Positions 30,301 through 45,300 of a DNA stretch of 64,000 nt are shown piece after piece; positions within the stretch are counted from its first letter, which is position 1, and the number at the start of each line of letters is the position of its first letter. The notes under the pieces are model-generated. The model was not told the DNA's origin. It searched no databases and saw nothing but the letters and a program-made list of their open reading frames with translations. The position numbers and the translations under genes are program-made. Source of the stretch: Thermoplasmatota archaeon (lineage in GTDB: Archaea; Thermoplasmatota; JAKEGO01); contig JANQNK010000020.1 in assembly GCA_028279595.1 (NCBI GenBank), positions 192,001 through 256,000 on the forward strand, read 5' to 3'.

Positions 30301-33300
30301 TTGACATATCAGTGGACCGTCTCCGGCAGGGACGACGACCCACTAGAGAACGATGTCACCATCATAGCAGTGAACCAGTTCGAGGCAGACGAGGTCACTG
30401 GCACCGACGATCATTCAGTCGACATCCTCTACACCGGGATCATCGTCGAGAAGACCGGACCACCGACAGCAGTGATCGGAGAGACCATCACCTACGAGGT
30501 GACGATATACAACGATGGAGAGATCCCTCTGTACATCACCTCGGCGATCGACTCGATCGTGGGCGACGTCACCGACCTGGTTGACAGCCCGATCCCGGTT
30601 GGCAGTTCCGACACCTTCACCTATACGTGGACAGTTGAGGCGACACCCGATCCGCTGGACAACACCATCACCGTCATAGGCGTGAATAAGTACGGGATCG
30701 ATACCCAGACCGATACTGCCACCCATCGGGTGGACGTCCTCAGGACCGGAGTGACCATCGAGAAGACCGGACCGGCGACCGCCCAGGTGGGCCAGACCAT
30801 CGAATACGTGATAACCATAACGAATACCGGGGAAACAGACCTCTACATCTACTCACTCTACGACACCCTGCTGGGCAACCTACTGGGCGAGATCAGCGAC
30901 GGTGTCATCACGACCGACGAGGGATACGAGGTGATCTACTACGACTACCTTGTCACTGACGAATATGATCCGATCCTTAACAGCGTCACGATCTGGGCCT
31001 CCAATTACTACGGCTATGACATTGTGACCGGTACCGCTGGCCACGAGGTCGATCTGCTCCGTACTGGCCTCGAGGTGACGAAGACCGGGCCGGAGACCGC
31101 CGTAATTGGCGACCTTATCGAATACACCATCACCGTGAAGAACACCGGTGAGGTGGACCTTTACATTACCACTCTATACGACACTCTGCTGGGCGACCTG
31201 AGCGCATACATCACGAACCCGATCCCTGCAGGCACGACCGAGACTATCATCTATCAATACGGTGTCAGTTATCAGCTCGACCCGATCGAGAACGAAGTCA
31301 CCGTGACAGGATGGAACGTACACCAGAACGACGAGGTGACCGAGACCGCCAGCCACGAGGTGGACCTCCTCAGGACCGGTGTCGATATCCGAAAGACCGG
31401 TCCTCTGACCGCCGAGATCGGTGAGACGATCACCTACACGGTCACCGTCTACAACACAGGAGAATGTGACCTGTACATCGGCGAGATCTATGACTCGATG
31501 GTCGACATCGACCTCTACGGTTACATCAGCGATGGGGTCATCACCGTCGCCGAGGGTTCCGAGACCTTCACATATCAATACACGGTACAACCTGGCGACC
31601 CGAATCCACTCGAGAATGAGGTGTTCGTGAACGCCGGCAACCGGCATTACAACGATTACGTCGAGGCTTGGGCGTACTGGTGGGTAGAGCTCCTCTACAC
31701 CGGAGTGGAGATCGAGAAGGACGGTCCCTCGACCGCCGAGGTCGGCGAGGAGATAACCTACTACATATTCGTGGACAACACGGGGGACGTACCCCTCTAC
31801 ATCACCATCTTCGAAGACACGCTACATGGCGATCTGCTAGGCGATATCACCAACCCGATCCCTGTCGGAGGTTCCGAGACCCTCACGTACACGTGGATCG
31901 TCGGAGAGACCCCTGACCCGCTTAACAATGAAGTTGGTATCCAGGGCCAGAACTCGCATGGATACGACGTGGTGCAGGCCTTTGACAGCCACCAGGTGGA
32001 CGTCCTCAGGACCGGCATCAGGATCCTCAAGGAAGGACCCGGGACGGCCCTGGTAGGCGAGACCATCACATACACAGTGACGATCTGGAACACCGGCGAG
32101 GTACCCCTCTACATAACGAAGGCATACGACGGCCTACTTCAGGAGGATATGGTCACGCTCGTCTCACCAAATCCGATCCCGGTCGGCGGATCGACGTCGT
32201 TCACCTATACGTGGACCGTCTCGCACGACGACAATGACCCGCTCATCAACGAGATCCGCATCTGGAGCGAGAACTCCAACGGCGGCGACGAGCGCTATGT
32301 GACCTACTGGATATCTACCGACATCAAGTACACCGGTGTCGAGATCACGAAGACCGGCCCGACCGATGCGGTCGTCGGCGAGGAGATCGCCTACACCATC
32401 GTGGTGACCAACACCGGCGAGGTGGACCTGACGATAACCTACCTCTGGGACAGCCTGCTGGGAGACCTCAGCGGATACATCACCGACGGTGAGATCACCG
32501 TGGGAGAGGAGTTCGAGACCATAATCTACGACTACACGATCACGACCGACGACACCGATCCGCTCTACAACGAGGTCACCGTGATCGGCGAGAACGATGT
32601 CGGCGGCGACGAGGTCACCGACAGCGCCGACCACACCGTGGACATCCATTACACCGGCGTGTTGATCGAGAAGACCGGACCCGCGACCGCGGAGGTATGG
32701 GAGACCATCACCTACGAGGTCACCGTTACGAACATCGGAGACACTGACCTGTACATAGACGAACTCGAGGATACCATCATCGGCGATCTCAGCGGATACA
32801 TATCCGATCAGGTCATAACCGTCGAGGAAGGGTCCGAGACCTTCACCTACACATACAAGGTCACCGACGAGTACGATCCGCTCATCAACGAGATCACTGT
32901 CGAGGGCAGCAACTACGAAGGTGGAGAGACCGTGACCGCCACGGACGACCACTCTGTCGACCTGCTGCGCACAGGTGTCGAGATAACCAAGACCGGACCT
33001 TCGACCGCGATCGTCGGCGAGACGATCACCTACACCGTGACGATCGAGAACACCGGTGAGGTGGACCTCCACGTCACCTCGCTCATGGACACCCTCCTGG
33101 GCGACGTGAGCGGTTACCTCGACGACCTCGTTATCGCCTACGGAGAGACCGATACGATCACCTACCAGCATACTGTGACATCGACCTTCGATCCGCTCCC
33201 GAACGGCATCAACATCAATGTGGAGAACCAGTACGAGAGCGACTGGATAAGCGACAACGACGACCACTCGGTCGACATCCTCAGGACCGGCATCGAGGTC

Positions 33301-36300
33301 ACGAAGACAGGACCGCAGACCGGAGAGGTGGGCGAGACGATCACCTACACCATCACCATCGACAACACTGGAGAAGTCGACCTGTACATCACTCAGTTCG
33401 ACGACTCGCTCCTGGGCGACCTACTCGACATCCTCGGCTACGGACCGTCCAATCCGCTCGTTGTCGAACCATTGATCGATTCATTCTTCGACATAACCTA
33501 CGAGATCGATATCGAGGACCCGGACCCACTCCCGAACACTGTCACCGTGACCGGTGTGAACGAGAAGGACGATGACCAGGTCACCGGCGGAGACGATCAT
33601 TCCGTCGACATCCTCAGAACGGGCATCGAAATCACGAAGGACGGCCCATCCTCTGCCGAGATGGGCGAGGTGATCGAGTACACGATAACCATCAAGAACA
33701 CGGGCCAGGTGGACCTGTACATCTACACGCTCTACGACAGCCTCCTGAACGACCTCACCAGCTACATCACCAACCCGATCGCGGCCGGCGCCACTGTCAC
33801 CTTCAACTACTACTATACGGTCACACACTCGGACGACGATCCCCTCGAGAACGGCATCTATGTCTCCGCATACAACTACTACGGAGCCGATGGAGTGGTG
33901 GACTACGACTCGCACACCTGCGACCTCAAGTACGCCCGCATGAGCATAGAGAAGACCGGACCGGCCACTGCCGAGGTGGGCGAGGAGATCATGTACACCA
34001 TCACCATCTACAACGACGGTGAGGTGGACCTGTACGTCTCCTACCTCTGGGACAGCTACGAGGGCGACCTGAGCGGCCTGATCACCGGCGGCGTGATCAC
34101 CGTGGCGGAAGGCTTCGAGACGATCACATACACAAGGATAGTATCCGGAGCCTACGACCCGATCTACAACGAGGTCGAGGTCATCGCTGACAACTACTAC
34201 GAGGGCGACGAGGTCACGGATACCGATTCGCACTCGGTGGACGTCCTCAGGACCGGTGTCGAGATCACCAAGACCGGACCGGCCACTGCAGAGGTCGGCG
34301 AGGAGATAACCTACACAGTGACCATAGAGAATACCGGCGAGGTAGACCTCTACATCTACGCGCTCTACGATTCACTCGTGGGCAGCCTGATGAGCCATAT
34401 TACGAACCCGCTCGCCCCTGGAGAGATAGTGACCATCACCTACACCTATACGGTGCAACAGGGCGACAGCGATCCTCTCGAGAACACGGTCACCGTCAGG
34501 AGCTACAACTGGTACCAGTCCGACGGAAGGATCGAGTCCGCGACCCACTCGGTAGACATCAAGTATACAGACGTCAGCATAACGAAGACGGGACCGACGG
34601 ACGCAGAACCCGGGGATACGATAACCTACACCATTACAGTATACAATGATGGTGAAGTGGACCTGTACATCGACTCCCTCATGGACTCGCTCCTCGGAGA
34701 CCTGATCCTCGAGATCAGCGACGGCAAGATAACCGTCGCCGAGGGCTACGAGACATTCACCTACGACTATCTGGTACTGTCCTCCGACCCGGACCCGTTG
34801 ATCAACACGATCACTGTCGTGGGATCGAACAGCAATGACGACGATACCGTAACCGACACCGCAAGCCACGAGGTCGACCTTCAGAAGGTCGACTTCACGA
34901 TCGAGAAGACCGGACCGGAGACCGCGGAGGTGTGGGAGCAGATCACCTACACGGTCAGGATCACGAATACTGGAGACACGGACCTTTACGTCACCTACCT
35001 GGACGACGACATCATTGGCGACCTCAGTGGCAGCGTCGATCCCAACCCGATACCTGTTGGCGAGTATGCAGAATTCACGTATCTGTACACCGTCACCGCA
35101 GAATGGGATCCGCTGATCAACGAGATCACCATGACCGGCGAGAACGAACTGGGCGAGGATGAGATCACGAAATCAGATACACACTCGGTCGACCTCCTGC
35201 GCACCGGCGTCGAGATATACAAGGAAGGCCCCGACATCGCCATGGTGGGACAGGAGATCACGTACACCGTTACGGTCGTGAACACAGGCGAGGTCGACTA
35301 CTACGTGACCTACCTCGATGACACGCTGATCGGGGATGTCAGCGGTTACATCACCGACGATGTCATCACCCTCAGCGAGGGTTCCGAGACATTCTCATAC
35401 ACGCATACTGTAACGGCCCAGTACGATCCACTACCGAACGCCGTGAACGTGAACGGGCAGAACCAGTTCGGAAGCGACTGGGTCAGCGACTCCGATGGAC
35501 ACTCCTGCGACATCCTGCATCCAGGCGTCGAGATAACGAAGACCGGACCCGAGGAGGCCCTCGTCGGCGAGGAGATCACCTACACGATACGGGTGACCAA
35601 CACCGGTGAGACCGATCTGTACATCACGAGCCTGTATGACTCGATCCTCGGTGACATCAGCAGCTACGTCGACGGCGGCGTTGTGACGCTGGCCGAGGAA
35701 TATGACGAGTTCGACGTGACCTACGTGGTTCCGCAGAGCACACCCGATCCGCTCGTGAACGAGGTCACAGTTGTTGGGACCACGATCCACGGCGGCGAAT
35801 CGGTGACTGCTTCGGCCTCTCACGAGGTCGACATACTCTACACTGGAGTCCGGATCATCAAGACCGGACCCTTGGATGCAGAGGTCGGTGAGACGATCAC
35901 ATACGAGGTCACCGTCTACAACACTGGCGAGGTCACACTGTACATCACATCGCTGACGGACACCCTCGTGGGCAACCTGAGGGATGAGATCAGCGGCTAC
36001 ATGATAACCGTGGCCGAGGGTTCCGAGACGTTCACCTACACATACACCGTGACCGACACCTGGGACCCGCTCGTCAACACCATCACCGTAAACGGCGAGA
36101 ACATGTACGATGCGAACCCGGTTACCGATTCATCCACGGTCTCCGTGGACGTCCTGAGGACCGGCGTCGAGATATACAAGACCGGACCCTTGGAGGCCGA
36201 GATAGGCGAGACGATCACCTACGAGATAACCGTGATCAATACCGGTGATGTGACCCTATACATCACATCCCTCGAGGACACCCTCGGTGGAGACCTGACC

Positions 36301-39300
36301 GGTTACCTCGCAAGCTTGGAGCTGGCGGCCGGCGCCTACGACATCTTCACGTACACCTACACCGTCCTGGCCACGGACCCAGACCCGCTGGGCAACACCG
36401 TCACGATAGAGGGATGGAACCAGTACGACAGCGACCCGGTCAGCGATACCGACGGACATTCGGTGGACATCCTCCGCACTGGAGTAAGGATAGAGAAGAC
36501 CGGTCCGACGACCGCGGAGGTCGGACAGACGATAATGTACACCATCGTCGTGACCAACACCGGCGAGGTGGACCTGCATCTGACCAGCCTGAGCGACACG
36601 CTGGGCGGCGATCTGTTAGGTCAGATCAGCGGCAGTGTCATCACGACTGGAGAGGTCTCCGAGACGGTCTATTACTACCACACGGTCGGGTCCACACCGG
36701 ACCCACTCCCGAACACGGTGACAGTCACCGGTTGGAACTCCCATGACATGGACCAGGTATCTGCCGAGGACAGCCACTCCGTTGACGTCCTTCACGCAGG
36801 CATCAGTATCGAGAAGAGCGGTCCGGAGACAGCCGAGGTCGGCGAGACCATAACGTACACAGTAACAATGACGAACACTGGCGAGGTCGACCTGTACATC
36901 GATTACCTCTGGGACCTGCTGGTGGGAGACCAGCTCTGGCAGATAACCAATCCGTTGGAGCCAGGCGATTCGGTCACCTTCACATACCAGTACACGGTAC
37001 AGCAGAACGACGAGGACAATCTGTACAATTGGATATACGTCGAGGCTTACAACCAGTACCAGTCGGACTTCGTGTACGATTACGAGGAGGTCTGGGTGGA
37101 CATCCTCTACACCGGCGTGACCATCGAGAAGACCGGACCTGAGACCGCAGAGGTCGGAGAGACGATAGAGTACGAGGTGACCATCACCAACACCGGCGAG
37201 GTCGACCTTTACATAACCTATCTCTGGGACTCGCTCGTGGGCGATGTGAGCGGACTCATAACCAATCCGATCGCCTCTGGAACCTCCGTGACCATCTACT
37301 ACTACTACACCGTCCAGCAGGACGACCCCGATCCGCTCGTGAACGAGATATGGCTCAGGGCCTGGAACCAGTACCAGAGCGACCCGCAGGGCGGACACGA
37401 CACGCACTCCGTCGACATCCTCTACACCGCCATATCCATAGAGAAGACCGGACCCACGGACGCCGAGATCGGCGAGGAGATAACCTACACCATTACGATA
37501 TACAACGACGGCGAGGTCGATCTGAAGATAACGTACCTCTACGACACGCTCCTGGGCAACCTCCTGAGCGAGATCCCCAGCGGCGTCGTGACCTATGCCG
37601 ATGGAAGCTATTCCTTCGACTACACCTACACTGTCCTGTTGAGCGACGACGACCCACTGCCGAACGTGATCACCGTCACAGCGACCAACCTGTACGACAG
37701 CGATCCCGTCGGCGACGAGGACGACCATTCCGTCAACCTCAAGTACACCGGCGTCGAGATCACGAAGACCGGACCCGCCATCGGCGAGGTCGACGAGACG
37801 ATCACCTACACCATAACCATCGAGAACACCGGCGAGGTGGACCTCTACATAACCGACCTGGACGACACCCTCCTGGGTGACCTGATCGGAGAGATAACCA
37901 ATCCGATCGCACCGGGCGACACCTTCTCCTTCGACTACGACTACACCATCGTCCTGGGCGACGAGGACCCACTCCCGAACGTCGTAACGGTCATCGCGAC
38001 GAACGAGTTCGGCGGGAACGAGGTCACGGACCTGGCCCGCTGGTTCGTGGACATCCCGTACACCGGGATCGAGATCACGAAGACCGGACCATCGACCGGG
38101 GAGGTAGGCGAGACCATCACCTACACGATCAAGGTGGACAACACCGGAGAGGTGGACCTGTACGTCACCTCACTCGACGACACCCTCCTGGGTGATCTCC
38201 TCGACGAGATCAGCGACGGCATCATAACCACGACCGAGGACTACGAGGAGTTCACCTACGAGTACACGATCAAGGACACGGACGCGAATCCGCTTCCGAA
38301 CGTGATAACCGGTGAGGGCGAGAACCAGTACGGCGGCGACTACGTCATCGATTCCGCGGCCCATCAGGTCGAGATCCTGTACACGGGCATGGAGGTCTGG
38401 AAGGAAGGGCCGTACAACGCCGAGATCGGAGAGACCATCACCTACACCATATACATCAAGAACACCGGAGATGTCGATCTGGAGATCACAGACATCGACG
38501 ACACCCTCCTGGGCGACCTGACGAGCGAGGTCACCGGTGCGATCGCACCGGGAGCGACCTTCTCCTTCGATTACGACTACACCGTCCTCGAGACCGATCC
38601 CAACCCGATCTGGAACACCGTTACCGTCAAGGCCACCAACCAATACGACGAGGACCCGGTCCAGGACTCGGACTACTGGGGCGTCCAGCTCCTCTATACC
38701 GGCGTAGAGATCGAGAAGTCCGGACCGCTCACAGCTGAGATAGGCGAGACCATCACATACACCATTACGGTGACCAACACCGGTGGTGTGGACCTGCACC
38801 TGACCGAACTCGATGACACGGTCCTTGGAGACCTCCTCTACAAGATCAGTGACGCCAAGATCACGGTCGCAGAGGGCTCCGAGACCTTCACCTACGACTA
38901 CACCATACCCGACCCGACCTCTGAACCATTGGACAACACGATCACCGTCACCGCCACGAACCAGTACGGCGGCGACGAGGTGACGGACACGGCGAGCCAT
39001 AGCGTCGACCTGATGTACACCGGCGTCGAGATCGAGAAATCCGGTCCGACGACGGCCGAGGTGGGCGAGACCATAACCTACCAGATAGTCGTGAGGAACA
39101 CCGGAGAGGTCGACCTTCACATCAGCTCGCTGACCGATGACATCCTTGGCAACCTTATCGGATACCTTGCCAGCACCACCATCGCGGCCGGCGACTACGA
39201 CTACTTCGACGTCGACCACGTCGTCGAGGCCACACCGGACCATCTGATCAACACCGTGACTGTCGTCGGCGACAACCAGTACGACGCCGACGAGGTGACG

Positions 39301-42300
39301 GACGATGCGTCCCACGAGTGCGACGTGCTGAGGACCGGAGTGACCATCGAGAAGACCGGACCTGCGACCGCCGAGATCGGCGAGGTGATCAAGTACACGA
39401 TAACCGTGACGAACACCGGCGAGGTGGACCTCTACGTGACCATCGACGACACCCTCCTGGGAGACATCACCGCTGGTATAACCGGCGGCGTGGTCACGAC
39501 CCTCGAGGGTTCTGAGTCCTTCGACTACTACTATGTCGTCCAGTGGGACGATCCCGACTTCCTGGAGAACGAGGTCACAGTGACCGGCAAGAACGTCGAG
39601 GGCGAAGATAAGGTCACTGATACCGACGACCACGAAGTGGACCTGCTCTACACCGGTGTGACCATCGAGAAGACCGGACCGACGACCGCGGAGATAGGCG
39701 AGACCATCACCTACTACGTGACGATAACCAACACCGGCGAGGTACCGCTGTACATCGACTATCTCGACGACTCGCTTGTCGGCGACGTCAGCGGACTGGT
39801 CAGCCAGCCGATCGCTGTCGGGACATCCCAGACCATATCCTACGAATACACCGTCCTGGAGAACGACCCCGACTGGCTCGAGAACACGATCCGCCTGAGG
39901 GTGTTCAACAGGAACCAGATGGACGCGAAGGTCGTCTCCGACAGCCACTCAGTCGACCTGCTGTACACGGGCGTCGAGATAACGAAGACCGGACCCGACT
40001 ACGCTGAGGTGGGCCAGACCATCACCTACACCATAACCATCAAGAACACCGGCGAGGTCGATCTGTACGTCTACTGGCTCTACGACTCCCTCCTGGGAAG
40101 CCTGCTTGGCGAGATCACGAACCCGATCGCACCCGGCGCAACCGTCAGCTTCGACTACGACTACACCGTCCTCTGGACCGATCCGACGAGCCTGTACAAC
40201 AGCATCACCCTCTACGCATACAACTATTACGAGGCCAACGTGCGCATGGATTCAGATGACCACACAGTGACACTGCTGTACGCGGACGTCGAGATAACGA
40301 AGACCGGACCGACGGACGCGGAGATCGGCGAGACGATAACCTACACGATCCGCGTGACAAACACCGGCAACGTCGACCTGACCATCACGACGCTCTACGA
40401 CACCCTCCTGGGCGACCTCAGCGGTGAGATCACCGACGGCGTGATCACGACCACCGAGGGCTACGAGGAGTTCACCTACGATTACACTGTCAAGCAGACC
40501 GACACCGATCCTCTCCCGAACGAGATCGAGGTCGTGGCGACCAACCAGTACGGCACTGACACGGTCAGCGATGAGGCCAGCCATTCGGTGAACCTCAAGT
40601 ACACCGGAATGGAGGTCACCAAGACCGGACCTGCGACCGCCGAGATCATGGAGTACATCACGTGGACCATATCCATCGAGAACACCGGCGAGGTGGACCT
40701 CTACATAACATCCCTCGACGACACGATGTTCGGTGATATCCTGGACACGCTCGGATACGACGAGCTGAACCCGCTGGTCATCGCTCCGGGCGACACCTGG
40801 ACGGTCACCATCTCGAAGAACATATTCTCCTCGACGGACGATCCCATCGAGAACACCGTGACCGTCACAGCGACGAACCAGTACGACTCCGATCCGCAGG
40901 AAGGTGCAGACAGCCACGAGGTCGACGTCCTCTGGGCGAGCATCAAGATCGACAAGTCCGCGGTCGGAACCGCGCAGATCGGTCAGACGATCACCTACAC
41001 CATCGTGATAACTAACGACGGCGAGGTTGACCTAGACATAACATATCTCTGGGACACACTCCTGGGCGACCTGAGCACATATCTCAGCACCGGATCGATC
41101 GCTGCGGGCACCTCGGAGACCATCACGGTGACCTACCTGGTGACAGACGAGTACGACCCGATCGAGAACACCGTGACGGTCAAGGCATGGAACCAGTTCG
41201 AGGCCGACCAGGTGGAGGCGTCCGACGACCACTCCTGCGACCTTCTGAGGACCGGAATGACGATGGAGAAGACCGGCCCAGCGACCGTCGAGATCGGCGA
41301 GACCGTCTACTGGGACTACCTTGTGACCAACACCGGCGAGGTACCGATCTACCTGACCCACGTCGATGAGGTACTGATCGAGGATTGGTACTGGCCCACG
41401 CCATTCTACATCGGTGTCGGCGGTTCCCAGTCGTTCTACTGGGGCAGTGGATACACCGTGACCACAGCTGATGACGATCCGCTCGTCAACAGCGCTACGT
41501 TCTATGCAGATAACTACTACGGCGAGGACGAGGTCCAAAGCACTGACGACCATGAATCGGACATCCTCCGCACCGGCATCGAGGTCACGAAGACCGGACC
41601 GGAGGAGGCAGAGGTCGGAGAGACGATCACGTACACCATCACCGTGAAGAACACGGGAGAGGTGAACCTGTACGTGACCCTGATCGACTCGTACTACGGA
41701 GACCTGACAAGCTACCTCACCAACCCGCTCGCACCGGGCGAGACGCAGACCTTCGACTACGACCACACGATACTCTCGACCGACGACGACCCGCTCGTGA
41801 ACACCATCACCGCAAGCGGCGTGAACCAGTACCAGGCGGACCCGGTCTCAGACGAGGCCAGCCATACCGTCGAGATCCTCGGAACCGGGGTCGAGATCAC
41901 CAAGACCGGACCGACCACCGCCGAGGTGTGGGAGGAGATAGTCTACACCTACACCGTAACCAACACTGGCGAGGTGGACCTTTACATCAGTTCCATCGAC
42001 GACTCGCTCCACGGCGAACTGAAGAACTACATCAGCGGTGGCGTCATAACCCTGCTCGAGGGCTCCGAGACGTTCACCATCACCCACCAGGTGACACAGA
42101 CGCCCGATCCGCTGGTCGACGAGGTCACCGTATACGGTGAGAACTCGAACGGCGGTTCACAGGTCCAGTACTACGACGACCACACCGTCGATATCCTCTA
42201 CACCGGAGTCGAGATCACGAAGACCGGACCGGCCGAGGCAGAGGTGGGCGAGGAGATCACCTACACTGTGACCATCAAGAACACTGGCGAGGTGGACCTG

Positions 42301-45300
42301 TACGTCACATCGCTCATGGACACCCTCCTGGGCGACGTCAGCGGATACCTCGACGACCTGGTCATACCTGTCGGTGTGACCGATACGATCCAGTACACCC
42401 ACACCGTGACCTCGGTCTACGATCCGCTCCCGAACGGCATCAACATCAACGTGGAGAACCAGTACGAGAGTGACTGGAAGAGCGACAACGATGATCACTC
42501 CGTGGATATCCTCCGCACCTACCTGACTGTCGAGAAGACCGGACCGGCCGACGCGGAGATCGGTGAGACGATAACATACACCGTGACCCTGACCAACGAC
42601 GGCGAGGTCGAGCTGACGATAACGGGCATGGAGGACGACCTCGTCGATGACGTGTTCGACCTCCTGACCGACACCACCCTGGACGTCGGCGAGTCCGTAT
42701 CCATCTCGTACACGCACACCGTGGCCTACCTGGGCCCCGACCCACTGCTGAACACCGTTACAGTGACCGCCGAGAACCAGTACGGCGAGGACGAGGTCGA
42801 GGAGTCCGACGACCACTCGGTCGACATCCTGAGAACAGGCGTGGACATCCTGAAGGAAGGCCCCGACTTCGCAATGATCGGCGAGGTGATCACGTACACC
42901 ATTACAGTATACAATACTGGCGAGGTGGACCTCTACATCACCAAGCTCGAGGACAGCAACGTGGGCGACCTGAGCGGAGAGATCAGCGGCGGTGTCATCA
43001 CCGTGGAAGAGGGCTTCGAGGTCATCACCTACGAGTGGACCGTCACACTGGACGACGCGAACCCGCTCAAGAACCAGGTTGTCGTGATAGGCGTGAACCA
43101 GTACGGCAACGACCCGGTCGCTGACTCGTACTGCCACGGACTCTGGCTCCTCTACACTGGCGTCGAGATCGAGAAGGACGGACCCGAGGAGGCCGAGGTC
43201 GGCGAGGAGATAACCTACACCGTGACCATCGAGAACACCGGCGACGTCGACCTGTACATCACGTACCTCTACGACTCGCTCGTGGGCAGCCTGCTCGGCG
43301 AGATCACCAACCCGCTCGAGGAGGGCGACTCGGTGACCATCACCTACACCTACATCGTGACCGAGGACTACGATCCGCTCGTGAACACCATCACCGTGCG
43401 GGGAGTGAACTTCTACGAGGCCGACGAGCAGGAGGAGACCGCCACCCATAGCGTCGATGTGCTCAGGACCGATATCGACATCTGGAAGCAGAGTCCCGCC
43501 GACGCAAAGATCGGTGACAAGATAATCTACACCATAACGGTGTGGAACCTTGGCGAGGTGGACCTGTACATCACAGAACTCGAGGACTCGCTCCTGGGTG
43601 ACCTTAGCATCTACATCACTGGAGGCGTGGTCTCCGTCGCCGAGGGCAAGGAGGTCATCACCTACGAATACACTGTGACCGACGAGTACGAACCACTGAT
43701 CAACACGATCGAAGTGACCGCATGGAACCAGTACGACTCCGACGAGGTATCGGATGCGGCAAGGTCCGAGGTCGAGATACTCCGCACGGACGTCGAGATC
43801 GTGAAGACCGGCCCCGAGACCGCCGAGCTAGGTGAGACGATCGAATACGAGGTCACCATAACCAACACCGGAGACGTCGACCTCTACATCACGTACCTCT
43901 ACGACTCGCTCGTGGGCGACCTGCTCGACGAGATCACAAATCCGCTCGAGCCGGGCGACTCGGTGACCTTCACGTACGAATACACGGTCAAGACGACCGA
44001 CCAGACCCCGCTCGAGAACACCATCGAGGTCAGGGGCTGGAACTGCCACGAGCTTGACCCGACATCCGACGAGGACAGCCACTCGGTCGACCTGCTCAGG
44101 ACCGGCGTGAGGATCACGAAGGACGGACCGGACGACGCTGAGATCGGCGAGACGATAATCTATACCATCGTGGTCTACAACACGGGTAACGTCGATCTGC
44201 ACATCACCTACCTCTGGGACAGCCTCCTGGGAGACCTCAGCGGCGAGATCAGCGGCGGTGTGATAACCGTTGCCGAGGGTTCCGAGACGATAACATACGA
44301 GTATACGGTCACTGACGAAGATCCGGACGAACTCGATAACACAGTGACCGTCAGAGGCACGAACGAGTTCGGCGAGGACGAGGTCGAGGACGATGCCAGC
44401 CACACCGTCGACCTGCTCTACACATCCATGGAGATATGGAAGGAAGGTCCGGAGACCGCTGAGATCGGCGAGACCATCTACTACAAGGTATATATCCAGA
44501 ACATTGGTGAGGTCGATCTCTACGTGACGCTGATCGACGATGACCCATGGGGAGATCTGCTGGCTGCGATCGGCCAATCGCCGACCGATCCGTGGATAGT
44601 ACCGGTCGGTCAGACCTCTTGGATAACCTACACTCACATCGTGACAACGAGCGATCCTGATCCGCTCATAAACACCGTGACCGTCGAGGCAGAGAACCAG
44701 TACGGTGCCGACCCGCAGGACGGAGAGGACAGCCATTCAACCGACATCCTTCGCACCGGAATGGAGGTCACCAAGACCGGACCGGACAACGCCGAGATCA
44801 TGGAGTACATAACCTACACCATCACCATCGAGAACACCGGCCAGGTGGACCTGTACATCACCGAGCTCGACGACTCGATGTTCGGCGACCTCCTGGACAG
44901 CTGGGGATACGATGAACTGAACCCGCTGATCATTGAACCGGGAGACACCTGGACCGTCTACATCTCGTTCAATGTGTTCACGTCGCACTCCGATCCGATC
45001 CTGAACACCGTGACCGTCACTGGTACGAACCAGTACGGTGCGGACCCACAGGAGGATTCCGACAGTCATGAGACCGATATCCTCCGGGCGAGCATTGATA
45101 TCGACAAGTCCGCCGTCGAGACCGCGCAGATCGGTCAGACGATCACCTACACCATAGTCATAACGAACGACGGCGAGGTCGATCTCGACATCACCTATCT
45201 GTGGGACACCCTCCTGGGGGACCTGAGCAGCTACCTGAGCACAGGCTCGATCGCAGCTGGAACGTCCGAGACGATCTACGTCACCTACCTGGTGACCGAC

